This document shows positions 29,307 to 38,345 of a DNA stretch of 64,000 nt, in pieces. Position numbers and translations under genes: made by a program. A model generated the notes under the pieces. The model saw nothing but the letters and a program-made list of their open reading frames with translations. It did not search any database and had not been told where the DNA came from. Positions within the stretch are counted from its first letter, which is position 1; each line of letters opens with the position of its first letter. The stretch is from Escherichia phage HY03: the sequence record NC_031047.1. One strand, 5' to 3'.

Positions 29307-32003
29307 ATGAAAGAATTTTATATCTCTATTGAAACAGTCGGAAATAACATTGTTGAACGTTATATTGATGAAAACGGAAAGGAACGTACTCGCGAAGTAG
29401 AATATCTTCCAACTATGTTTAGACATTGTAAGGAAGAGTCAAAATACAAAGACATTTATGGTAAAAACTGCGCTCCTCAAAAATTTCCATCAATGAAAGA
29501 TGCTCGAGACTGGATGAAGCGAATGGAAGACATCGGTCTCGAAGCTCTCGGTATGAACGATTTTAAACTCGCTTATATCAGTGATACATATGGTTCAGAA
29601 ATTGTTTATGACCGAAAATTTGTTCGTGTAGCTAACTGTGACATTGAGGTTACTGGCGATAAATTTCCTGACCCAATGAAAGCAGAATATGAAATTGATG
29701 CTATCACTCATTATGATTCAATTGACGACCGTTTTTACGTCTTTGATTTGTTGAATTCAATGTACGGTTCAGTATCAAAATGGGATGCAAAGTTAGCTGC
29801 TAAGCTTGACTGTGAAGGTGGTGATGAAGTTCCTCAAGAAATTCTTGACCGAGTAATTTATATGCCATTTGATAATGAGCGTGATATGCTCATGGAATAT
29901 ATCAATCTTTGGGAACAGAAACGACCTGCTATTTTTACTGGTTGGAATATTGAGGGATTTGACGTTCCGTATATCATGAATCGCGTTAAAATGGTTCTCG
30001 GTGAACGTAGTATGAAACGCTTCTCTCCAATCGGTCGAGTAAAATCTAAACTAATTCAAAATGTGTACGGTAGCAAAGAAATTTATTCTATTGATGGCGT
30101 ATCTATTCTTGATTATTTAGATTTGTATAAGAAATTCGCATTTACTAATTTGCCGTCATTCTCTTTGGAATCAGTTGCTCAACATGAAACCAAAAAAGGT
30201 AAATTACCGTACGATGGTCCTATTAATAAACTTCGTGAAACTAATCATCAACGATACATTAGTTATAACATCATTGACGTAGAATCAGTTCAAGCAATTG
30301 ATAAAATTCGCGGGTTTATCGATCTAGTTTTAAGTATGTCTTATTATGCTAAAATGCCTTTTTCTGGTGTAATGAGTCCTATTAAAACTTGGGATGCTAT
30401 TATTTTTAACTCATTGAAAGGTGAACATAAGGTTATTCCTCAACAAGGTTCGCACGTTAAACAGAGTTTTCCGGGTGCATTTGTGTTTGAACCTAAACCA
30501 ATTGCTCGTCGATATATTATGAGTTTTGACTTGACGTCTCTGTATCCTAGCATTATTCGTCAGGTTAACATTAGTCCTGAGACTATTCGTGGGCAGTTTA
30601 AAGTTCATCCAATTCATGAATATATTGCAGGAACAGCTCCTAAACCGAGTGATGAATATTCTTGTTCTCCGAATGGATGGATGTATGATAAGCATCAAGA
30701 AGGTATCATTCCAAAGGAAATCGCTAAAGTATTTTTCCAGCGTAAAGACTGGAAAAAGAAAATGTTCGCTGAAGAAATGAATGCCGAAGCTATTAAAAAG
30801 ATTATTATGAAAGGCGCAGGGTCTTGTTCAACTAAACCAGAAGTTGAACGATATGTTAAGTTCAGTGATGATTTCTTAAATGAACTATCGAATTACACCG
30901 AATCCGTTCTCAATAGTCTGATTGAAGAATGTGAAAAAGCGGCTACACTCGCTAACACAAATCAACTGAACCGTAAAATTCTTATTAACAGTCTTTATGG
31001 CGCTCTTGGTAATATTCATTTCCGTTACTATGATTTGCGAAATGCTACTGCTATCACAATTTTCGGCCAAGTTGGTATTCAGTGGATTGCTCGTAAAATT
31101 AATGAATATCTGAATAAAGTATGCGGAACTAATGGCGAAGATTTCATTGCAGCAGGTGATACTGATTCGGTATATGTTTGTGTAGATAAAGTTATTGAAA
31201 AAGTTGGTCTTGACCGATTCAAAGAGCAGAACGATTTAGTTGAATTCATGAATCAGTTCGGTAAGAAAAAGATGGAACCTATGATTGATGTTGCATATCG
31301 TGAGTTATGTGATTATATGAATAACCGCGAGCATCTGATGCATATGGACCGTGAAGCTATTTCTTGCCCTCCACTTGGTTCAAAGGGTGTTGGTGGATTT
31401 TGGAAAGCGAAAAAGCGTTATGCTCTGAACGTTTATGATATGGAAGATAAACGATTTGCTGAACCACATCTAAAAATCATGGGTATGGAAACTCAGCAGA
31501 GTTCAACACCAAAAGCAGTGCAAGAAGCTCTCGAAGAAAGTATTCGTCGTATTCTTCAGGAAGGTGAAGAGTCTGTCCAAGAATACTACAAGAACTTCGA
31601 GAAAGAATATCGTCAACTTGACTATAAAGTTATTGCTGAAGTAAAAACTGCGAACGATATAGCGAAATATGATGATAAAGGTTGGCCAGGATTTAAATGC
31701 CCGTTCCATATTCGCGGTGTGCTAACTTATCGTCGAGCTGTTAGTGGTCTGGGTGTAGCTCCAATTTTGGATGGAAATAAAGTAATGGTTCTTCCATTAC
31801 GTGAAGGAAATCCATTCGGTGACAAGTGCATTGCTTGGCCATCGGGTACAGAACTTCCAAAAGAAATTCGTTCTGATGTGCTATCTTGGATTGACCACTC
31901 AACTTTGTTCCAAAAATCGTTTGTTAAACCGCTTGCAGGTATGTGTGAATCGGCTGGCATGGACTATGAAGAAAAAGCTTCGTTAGACTTCCTGTTTGGC
32001 TGA
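29307..32003 (+). CDS. 43: DNA polymerase gp43 (family B)
   Basis: 898 aa; exonuclease and polymerase motifs (DTDS, SLYPS); matches T4 gp43. Confidence 0.95.
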   Translation: MKEFYISIETVGNNIVERYIDENGKERTREVEYLPTMFRHCKEESKYKDIYGKNCAPQKFPSMKDARDWMKRMEDIGLEALGMNDFKLAYISDTYGSEIVYDRKFVRVANCDIEVTGDKFPDPMKAEYEIDAITHYDSIDDRFYVFDLLNSMYGSVSKWDAKLAAKLDCEGGDEVPQEILDRVIYMPFDNERDMLMEYINLWEQKRPAIFTGWNIEGFDVPYIMNRVKMVLGERSMKRFSPIGRVKSKLIQNVYGSKEIYSIDGVSILDYLDLYKKFAFTNLPSFSLESVAQHETKKGKLPYDGPINKLRETNHQRYISYNIIDVESVQAIDKIRGFIDLVLSMSYYAKMPFSGVMSPIKTWDAIIFNSLKGEHKVIPQQGSHVKQSFPGAFVFEPKPIARRYIMSFDLTSLYPSIIRQVNISPETIRGQFKVHPIHEYIAGTAPKPSDEYSCSPNGWMYDKHQEGIIPKEIAKVFFQRKDWKKKMFAEEMNAEAIKKIIMKGAGSCSTKPEVERYVKFSDDFLNELSNYTESVLNSLIEECEKAATLANTNQLNRKILINSLYGALGNIHFRYYDLRNATAITIFGQVGIQWIARKINEYLNKVCGTNGEDFIAAGDTDSVYVCVDKVIEKVGLDRFKEQNDLVEFMNQFGKKKMEPMIDVAYRELCDYMNNREHLMHMDREAISCPPLGSKGVGGFWKAKKRYALNVYDMEDKRFAEPHLKIMGMETQQSSTPKAVQEALEESIRRILQEGEESVQEYYKNFEKEYRQLDYKVIAEVKTANDIAKYDDKGWPGFKCPFHIRGVLTYRRAVSGLGVAPILDGNKVMVLPLREGNPFGDKCIAWPSGTELPKEIRSDVLSWIDHSTLFQKSFVKPLAGMCESAGMDYEEKASLDFLFG

Positions 32004-32016
32004 TAGAATAAATCTA

Positions 32017-32037
32017 GGGACCTCCAGGTCCCTTTTT
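32017..32037 (+). terminator. rho-independent terminator
   Basis: GGGACC-TCCA-GGTCCC hairpin plus T5. Confidence 0.8.
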
Positions 32038-32121
32038 CATACAAGTAATATAAATCTATACTTATGAAAAAGAGATGATTCTGGACCCTTTGGATTCCCT
32101 AAAAATTTTTTTCACAAAACT

Positions 32122-32151
32122 GTTTACATCCCTGTTCTTCTATGGTACTAT
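32122..32151 (+). promoter_or_regulatory. T4 early promoter with UP region
   Basis: AAAAATTTTTTTCACAAAAC upstream; GTTTAC, 18 nt, TACTAT. Confidence 0.75.
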
Positions 32152-32184
32152 ACAACTATCAACTGATATGGATTGGAGAATAAA

Positions 32185-32421
32185 ATGAAAATTGTTTATG
32201 GTTGTTTAGCAGTGTGTTTAGTTGCATTAGCAGCTGTTCCATTTATTGATATTGAAAATGATACTCAGAATGTGATTGAATCTAATACTGTTATTCACAT
32301 GAATGGTAAAGTATCAACAAAAATTGATGATAATCTTCATATGAATACTAATGGAACGCTGGGTGTTCAATTAGGTAATATCTGTGTAAGCACTACTGGA
32401 GTAATTACTACTTGTATTTGA
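32185..32421 (+). CDS. hypothetical secreted/membrane protein
   Basis: 78 aa; signal-like N-terminus. Confidence 0.5.
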   Translation: MKIVYGCLAVCLVALAAVPFIDIENDTQNVIESNTVIHMNGKVSTKIDDNLHMNTNGTLGVQLGNICVSTTGVITTCI

Positions 32422-32431
32422 GGAAATTATT

Positions 32432-32812
32432 ATGAAAATCGCTATTTTGGTTATTGCATTAGGTCTTACTGGTTGTGTAGCTCAAGGACCGGTAGTAAAT
32501 CAGTCTGATGTAGGAAAAATTGTAAACTGTTCAAGCAAATTTTATAATCCTAATGTCAAGTGCTATAAAGAAGCTCCAAAACAGACAGTAGAACAAATGC
32601 AGGCGAATTTTGACGAAGCTATTCGTCCAGATGAATCTGCTCAAGCGTATCGTAATTCAGATGTAATTACACGCGAAGAAAAAATTGAAAACTACTGTGC
32701 CGAACTTTGGGCTAATTGGGCTAATAATTACCAATGGCGTACAGGTAAAAATGCTCCGATGGAGTATGTAGTGAATTCTTATAATTCATGTGTAAAAAAT
32801 TTGACTAAGTGA
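32432..32812 (+). CDS. putative lipoprotein
   Basis: 126 aa; lipobox LTGC at N-terminus. Confidence 0.6.
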   Translation: MKIAILVIALGLTGCVAQGPVVNQSDVGKIVNCSSKFYNPNVKCYKEAPKQTVEQMQANFDEAIRPDESAQAYRNSDVITREEKIENYCAELWANWANNYQWRTGKNAPMEYVVNSYNSCVKNLTK

Positions 32813-32819
32813 GGAAAAC

Positions 32820-33071
32820 ATGGAAACTTTAGTAGCAGGTTCAATTTTTATGGTTTTAGTTTCAGGCGTGTTGGCTATTATTATATACATGCTTCCATGG
32901 TTTATCGCCTTGATGCGTGGGTCAAAATCGACAGTAGGAATCTTTTTCACATCTTTACTGTTTAACTGGTCAATTATTGGTTGGTTTATTACATTTATTT
33001 GGTCAATTGCAGGTGAAACTAAAAAGTCTGCGCAGCCAAATCAGGTAATTATCATCAGAGAGAAGGAATGA
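32820..33071 (+). CDS. imm: superinfection immunity membrane protein
   Basis: 83 aa, two hydrophobic helices; size and position as in T4. Confidence 0.8.
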   Translation: METLVAGSIFMVLVSGVLAIIIYMLPWFIALMRGSKSTVGIFFTSLLFNWSIIGWFITFIWSIAGETKKSAQPNQVIIIREKE

Positions 33072-33217
33072 AAAGCAAAATTATAACAGCATTGCTTTTA
33101 ATCTTGATGGTTATAATAAGTATATACTATAGTGTAACGGTTCCTCTTATGATTCCAACTATTGTTTTAGGTTGGAGTTTATTACTGTTACAAGTTAAAT
33201 ATGAATGTATCAATTGA
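33068..33217 (+). CDS. hypothetical small membrane protein
   Basis: 49-aa hydrophobic ORF; ATGA overlap with imm stop. Confidence 0.4.
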   Translation: MKSKIITALLLILMVIISIYYSVTVPLMIPTIVLGWSLLLLQVKYECIN

Positions 33218-33224
33218 GGTTTAA

Positions 33225-33965
33225 ATGATTAGTGACTCTATGACAGTTGAAGAAATCCGTCTTCATTTGGGGCTTGCATTAAAGGAAAAAGATTTCGTAG
33301 TTGATAAAACTGGCGTTAAAACTATTGAAATTATTGGCGCATCATTTGTAGCAGATGAACCGTTTATTTTTGGCGCTCTTAATGATGAATACATTCAGCG
33401 TGAACTTGAATGGTATAAGTCTCAAAGTCTGTTTGTTAAAGATATTCCAGGTGAAACACCGAAGATTTGGCAGCAGGTAGCATCTTCTAAAGGTGAAATT
33501 AACTCGAATTATGGTTGGGCTATCTGGTCAGAAGATAACTATGCTCAATATGATATGTGTTTAGCTGAACTTGGTCAAAATCCTGATTCTCGACGTGGTA
33601 TCATGATTTATACTCGTCCATCTATGCAGTTTGACTACAATAAAGATGGCATGTCAGATTTCATGTGTACGAATACAGTACAGTACCTGATTCGTGATAA
33701 GAAAGTCAATGCGGTTGTTAGCATGAGAAGCAATGATTGCTGGGCAGGCTATCGTAATGATTATGCTTGGCAAAAATACGTACTAGATAAATTAGTATCT
33801 GATTTGAATGCAGGCGACCCATCGCGGCAATATAAAGCAGGTTCTATTATATGGAACGTTGGAAGTCTTCATGTGTACGAAAATCAGTTTTATTTAGTTG
33901 ACCATTGGTGGAACACCGGTGAGACTCATATTGCTAAAAAGGATTATACTGGAAAATGGAAGTAA
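33225..33965 (+). CDS. 42: dCMP hydroxymethylase
   Basis: 246 aa; thymidylate-synthase-like fold; matches recalled T4 gp42. Confidence 0.9.
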   Translation: MISDSMTVEEIRLHLGLALKEKDFVVDKTGVKTIEIIGASFVADEPFIFGALNDEYIQRELEWYKSQSLFVKDIPGETPKIWQQVASSKGEINSNYGWAIWSEDNYAQYDMCLAELGQNPDSRRGIMIYTRPSMQFDYNKDGMSDFMCTNTVQYLIRDKKVNAVVSMRSNDCWAGYRNDYAWQKYVLDKLVSDLNAGDPSRQYKAGSIIWNVGSLHVYENQFYLVDHWWNTGETHIAKKDYTGKWK

Positions 33966-34597
33966 ATGTGCCGCATGTTTATAAGTATAAACATCCTAAA
34001 ACTAAAAAGTGGTATATAGGAAGTCATGATGGTCACAACCCGAATTATGATGGTTCGGGTGTAGTTTGGCAACATGCTAAAAAGAAATATGGAATAAAAT
34101 CCTTTAATAAAGAAATATTATATGAAGGACCAATGTTTAGACAGGTTGAAGAAATTATTTTAACTTGTTTAGATGCTGCTAATTGTCCGGATTCATATAA
34201 TTTAAAGAATGAAGCATGGGGAGGAAGTTTTCCAGGCAAATTAAATGGAATGTACGGTAAAAAACTATCTCCAGAAGAAAGATATAAGTGCGGAAATGCC
34301 TTTCGTGGAATCAAGCGTCCTGATCATTCTAAAAGAATGAAAGGCGAAGGTAATCCAATGTATGGTAAAAATGAGCAGGCATATGGAATTATAAATCGAG
34401 CCAAGGAAAATTCTGGTAAAACTTATGAAGAAATTTTTGGCGTAGAAAAAGCTAAAATAATTAAAGAAACGATGTCTAAAAATCGTAAAGGAAAACCTCA
34501 TAATTTGATAGAAAAAATATGTCCGCATTGCGGACTAAAAGGACGTGGGCCAAATATGACAAGATACCATTTTGACAAATGTAAGGCACTTAAATGA
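33956..34597 (+). CDS. free-standing GIY-YIG homing endonuclease
   Basis: 213 aa; HVYKYKHPKTKKWYIGSH motif; NUMOD-like repeats; C-terminal CPHCG...C zinc motif; overlaps gene 42 stop. Confidence 0.75.
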   Translation: MEVNVPHVYKYKHPKTKKWYIGSHDGHNPNYDGSGVVWQHAKKKYGIKSFNKEILYEGPMFRQVEEIILTCLDAANCPDSYNLKNEAWGGSFPGKLNGMYGKKLSPEERYKCGNAFRGIKRPDHSKRMKGEGNPMYGKNEQAYGIINRAKENSGKTYEEIFGVEKAKIIKETMSKNRKGKPHNLIEKICPHCGLKGRGPNMTRYHFDKCKALK

Positions 34598-35436
34598 TTC
34601 AATTCGTAATTCCAAGTTATCAGCGTGTAGGGGCAGTTTCTGCCCTTAATATGTTTCCGACTGATTATGAACCCCATATTGTAGTGCGTGAACACGAAGA
34701 AAAAGCTTATTATGATGCTTATGGGTCTAGAGCTAAAATTGTAACTATTCCTGATGATGTTAATGGAATTTCCGGTACTCGTAAAGCAATTACTGATATG
34801 TATGCAGGTCAACGAATCTGGATGATTGATGATGATACTACTATTCGTATGAGTTCAATACGAAAGAGAGACGATAAACGGCGCGTAGATAAAATTAATC
34901 AATTAACTCGTGAACAGTTCTATGAATTAATTCAATACGTTGAGGATGCTATGGATTGCGGGTATTATCACGGTCATGCTCGTCTACCAATTTTTAAAAT
35001 TACTTCATCTTGGGGTAATTATCGTGAAAACTCATATGGATTCACGAATACATGGTATGACCTCGGAAAACTTACGGCAGAACAAATTGGGTATGGAAAA
35101 ATTGATTTATGCGAAGATATGTATGCATTTCTCAATTTAATTAATCAAGGTTATCCGCATTTGGCCTTGTTCAAATATCTAGTTGTATCTGGAAAATCAC
35201 ACGCTCCCGGTGGGTGTAGTTCAATTCGTAGTAATTCTAAACATAATAGAGCGCTTGAGCAAATCAATAGAGAGTTTCCAGAGCAAGCTCGTTGGAAAAC
35301 TTCAAATATTGAAAAACGAAAATCGTTGGGTGAAGAAGACGAGCCATTAAAGGTTCTTCGCATGTGTGTTTCGCGTAAAGAAAAATCAGAAGCATTTCAT
35401 AAGTTTAATGCTATTCATCCAATAGCAGTTGATTAA
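34594..35436 (+). CDS. putative glycosyltransferase (not T4 beta-gt; possibly beta-alpha-gt-like)
   Basis: 280 aa; acidic IWMIDDD motif; occupies the T4 beta-gt slot but does not match recalled T4 beta-gt. Confidence 0.55.
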   Translation: MIQFVIPSYQRVGAVSALNMFPTDYEPHIVVREHEEKAYYDAYGSRAKIVTIPDDVNGISGTRKAITDMYAGQRIWMIDDDTTIRMSSIRKRDDKRRVDKINQLTREQFYELIQYVEDAMDCGYYHGHARLPIFKITSSWGNYRENSYGFTNTWYDLGKLTAEQIGYGKIDLCEDMYAFLNLINQGYPHLALFKYLVVSGKSHAPGGCSSIRSNSKHNRALEQINREFPEQARWKTSNIEKRKSLGEEDEPLKVLRMCVSRKEKSEAFHKFNAIHPIAVD

Positions 35437-35513
35437 TGCCTAAATTTATTGTGTTATAATTACCCTATCTTTAACCAGTGAGGAAAATATAATGATGCCT
35501 ATGGAAAAAATGA

Positions 35514-36443
35514 ATGTCTATTGCAGATTTAAAATCCCGTTTGATTAAAGCTTCCACTTCTAAAATGACTGCAGAGCTTACTAAAAGCAAGTTCTTTAAT
35601 GAAAAGGATGTGGTTCGTACTAAAATTCCAATGCTGAATATTGCAATTAGCGGTGCGTTGGACGGTGGCATGCAGTCTGGTTTAACTATTTTCGCAGGGC
35701 CTTCTAAACATTTTAAATCTAATATGTCACTGACAATGGTAGCAGCTTATTTGAATAAGTATCCTGATGCTATCTGTTTGTTCTATGACTCAGAGTTTGG
35801 TATCACTCCGGCTTATCTTAAGTCTATGGGTGTTGACCCGGAACGAGTAATTCATACGCCAATCCAATCAGTTGAACAGCTGAAAATTGATATGGTGAAT
35901 CAGCTTGAAACTATTGAGCGTGGTGAAAAGGTTATTGTATTCATCGACTCAATTGGTAATATGGCTTCTAAGAAAGAAACGGAAGATGCCTTGAATGAAA
36001 AATCTGTGGCAGATATGACTCGTGCTAAATCACTGAAGTCATTATTCCGTATTGTTACTCCTTATTTTAGTATTAAAAACATTCCATGTGTTGCGGTTAA
36101 CCATACAATTGAAACAATTGAACTGTTTAGTAAAACCGTGATGACAGGTGGTTGTGTTATTGCTGGTACTAAAATCCAGATGTCCGATGGTTCTACTAAA
36201 GCAGTTGAAGATATTCGTCCAGGTGAACGTGTTAAAACCATGGTCGGTGATAATGAAGTAACTTATGTTTGGGACCCAGAAACTCTGGCTGAAGGTACTC
36301 CTGAATGTTTCGAAATTGAATTCGAAGACGGTTATAAAGTAACTACTTCAGATACCCACAAGTTCCTGGTAATGGTTAAAGACATTCCAACTTGGGTTGA
36401 AGCTAAAGATTTAGTAGCTGGAATGGATTGTGTTGTAAGGTAA
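35514..36443 (+). CDS. uvsX: UvsX recombinase N-terminal extein (213 aa) fused to N-terminal intein fragment (96 aa)
   Basis: matches T4 UvsX to ...FSKTVMTGG, then CVIAGTKIQMSDGS (intein block A) and TSDTHKFLV (block B); ends at double stop TAA TAA. Confidence 0.85.
   Translation: MSIADLKSRLIKASTSKMTAELTKSKFFNEKDVVRTKIPMLNIAISGALDGGMQSGLTIFAGPSKHFKSNMSLTMVAAYLNKYPDAICLFYDSEFGITPAYLKSMGVDPERVIHTPIQSVEQLKIDMVNQLETIERGEKVIVFIDSIGNMASKKETEDALNEKSVADMTRAKSLKSLFRIVTPYFSIKNIPCVAVNHTIETIELFSKTVMTGGCVIAGTKIQMSDGSTKAVEDIRPGERVKTMVGDNEVTYVWDPETLAEGTPECFEIEFEDGYKVTTSDTHKFLVMVKDIPTWVEAKDLVAGMDCVVR
36153..36440 (+). other. intein N-terminal fragment (Hint blocks A and B)
   Basis: starts at Cys codon directly after extein TGG; 96 codons. 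Confidence 0.8.
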
Positions 36444-36446
36444 TAA

Positions 36447-36488
36447 ATATGGGTACCGGACTAATGTATATTTTTGAGGTACCCATAT
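36447..36488 (+). promoter_or_regulatory. stem-loop occluding the endonuclease start codon
   Basis: perfect 11-bp inverted repeat ATATGGGTACC / GGTACCCATAT, 20-nt loop; right arm overlaps the GAGG RBS and the AT of the ATG at 36487. Confidence 0.65.
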
Positions 36489-37209
36489 GAATTTTGTCTA
36501 TAAAATTGTGTTCAACGATAGAATTAAAAACGGCACTCCGCCGTATTACTACATAGGAAGCAAGACAAATGCTTCTTATGTAGACGGTAAGATTATTGAC
36601 GCCCGTGGTCGCGAGTACTATGGCTCATCGAGATATCCCGGATATCATGATTTTATCAATAATGTTACTGTTGAAATACTGGAGCAATATGATGATATTA
36701 AACATGCTAAACTGCTAGAGCGCGAAAATTTCTATCAGAAACAAGTAAACGTTAAAACAAATCCAGATTATTTTAATTTGGATTATGCTTGTGGACATAA
36801 TTCATATGCTAATGCTGATTTTGCATCATACAAGCATCATATAACAGGTAAATGTATTCGTCTTGAAAGAAACCATCCGCTTGTTAAATCTGGTGTGTAT
36901 GTTGGCGTCACAAAAGGCGTGAAATCTTCTGATGAACACCGTAAGCACATATCAGAAGGTATTACAGGAGAAAACAATGGGTTCTATGGTAAGAAACACA
37001 CCAAAGAAACAATTAATGAAATATCAGAAAAAGCAAAGAAAAGATTAAAGCATTCTCATCCTAGACAAAAAGGCGTTATCATAAACGGTATTGAATACCG
37101 GGGCGTCAGACCTGCTGCAAGAGCGCTGGGAATTAATCCTAACACAATTATCAACAAAATTAAAGCTAACACAAAAGGATGGGCTTATGCAGTAGATGCA
37201 CGTGGTTAA
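36487..37209 (+). CDS. free-standing GIY-YIG homing endonuclease between the split intein halves
   Basis: 240 aa; VYKIVFNDRIKNGTPPYYYIGSK motif; ENNGFYGKKHTKETINEISEKAKK and C-terminal segment resemble I-TevI linker/DNA-binding region. Confidence 0.8.
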   Translation: MNFVYKIVFNDRIKNGTPPYYYIGSKTNASYVDGKIIDARGREYYGSSRYPGYHDFINNVTVEILEQYDDIKHAKLLERENFYQKQVNVKTNPDYFNLDYACGHNSYANADFASYKHHITGKCIRLERNHPLVKSGVYVGVTKGVKSSDEHRKHISEGITGENNGFYGKKHTKETINEISEKAKKRLKHSHPRQKGVIINGIEYRGVRPAARALGINPNTIINKIKANTKGWAYAVDARG

Positions 37210-37351
37210 GGCATTCCAATGCGAGTTCTTTACGGGTTCGCACTACATTCGAAGATATGGTAAAAGAATTTGGAATGAACGCGACAATCAAGATTATGCT
37301 TTCATGAAATATGTATATTGAAACTAGCTACTACGAAACACAAGGTAAAGT

Positions 37352-37456
37352 ATGAAAATTAAATCTGTTAAATCTGTTGGTAAAAAAGAAGTCTATGATT
37401 TGTCTGTTGCTGACGTAGAGCATTATGTTTTAGAAAATGGTATCGTTACACACAAT
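37352..37456 (+). other. intein C-terminal fragment (Hint blocks F and G)
   Basis: ends ...THN followed by Thr as +1 extein residue. Confidence 0.8.
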
Positions 37457-37999
37457 ACAGGCGTAATGTATTCGGCTGATACTGTATTCATTATCGGTAA
37501 GCGTCAGATTAAAGATGGTTCTGATCTTCAGGGGTATCAATTTGTTCTAAATGTAGAAAAATCTCGTACCGTTAAAGAAAAAAGTAAATTCTTTATTGAT
37601 GTTAAATTTGACGGTGGTATCGATCCTTATTCTGGATTGTTAGATATGGCTCTAGAATTAGGATTTGTAGTAAAACCAAAAAATGGCTGGTATGCTCGTG
37701 AATTTCTTGATGAAGAAACCGGCGAGATGATTCGCGAAGAAAAATCTTGGCGTGCAAAAGATACCAACTGCACTACATTCTGGGGTCCTTTATTTAAGCA
37801 TCAACCATTCCGAGATGCTATTAAACGTGCTTATCAGTTAGGTGCTATTGATAGTAATGAAATTGTTGAAGCTGAAGTTGATGAATTGATTAACTCAAAG
37901 GTTGAAAAATTTAAATCTCCAGAAAGTAAAAGTAAATCAGCAGCTGATTTAGAAACTGACCTCGAGCAGTTAAGTGATATGGAAGAATTTAATGAATAA
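37352..37999 (+). CDS. uvsX: C-terminal intein fragment (35 aa) fused to UvsX C-terminal extein (180 aa)
   Basis: own ATG and AAGGT RBS; VYDLSVADVEHYVLENGIVTHN (blocks F/G) then TGVMYSADTVFIIGKRQ... matching T4 UvsX C-terminus. Confidence 0.85.
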   Translation: MKIKSVKSVGKKEVYDLSVADVEHYVLENGIVTHNTGVMYSADTVFIIGKRQIKDGSDLQGYQFVLNVEKSRTVKEKSKFFIDVKFDGGIDPYSGLLDMALELGFVVKPKNGWYAREFLDEETGEMIREEKSWRAKDTNCTTFWGPLFKHQPFRDAIKRAYQLGAIDSNEIVEAEVDELINSKVEKFKSPESKSKSAADLETDLEQLSDMEEFNE

Positions 38000-38336
38000 A
38001 GATGATTTAGACTTAGATCTAGAAATTATCGATGAATCCCCCTCTTCGGAGGGGGAAGAAGAAAGAAAAGAACGTCTTTTTAATGAGTCTCTTAAGATAA
38101 TTAAATCTGCCATGGAAAATGTTATCCAGGAGATTGTCATTAAACTAGAAGATGGTTCTACACACATTGTGTATGTGACAAAATTAGATTGGGTTGATGG
38201 AAAGGTTGTAATGGACTTTGCTGTTCTTGACCAAGAAAGAAAAGCTGAGTTAGCTCCTCATGTAGAAAAATGTATTACAATGCAACTACAAGATGCATTC
38301 AATAAAAGGTCAAAGAAAAAGTTTAAATTCTTTTAA
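37992..38336 (+). CDS. 40: head vertex assembly chaperone gp40
   Basis: 114 aa directly downstream of uvsX; size and position as in T4. Confidence 0.7.
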   Translation: MNKDDLDLDLEIIDESPSSEGEEERKERLFNESLKIIKSAMENVIQEIVIKLEDGSTHIVYVTKLDWVDGKVVMDFAVLDQERKAELAPHVEKCITMQLQDAFNKRSKKKFKFF

Positions 38337-38345
38337 GGAGTAAGT

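Noticed and set aside
34594-35436. Calling this ORF beta-glucosyltransferase by position
   Set aside because: Size (280 versus 351 aa) and sequence do not match T4 beta-gt as I recall it; left as an unassigned glycosyltransferase-like protein.
36444-36452. Late promoter just upstream of the intein-associated endonuclease
   Set aside because: Sequence is AATAAATA, one mismatch from TATAAATA; noted only inside the hairpin finding.
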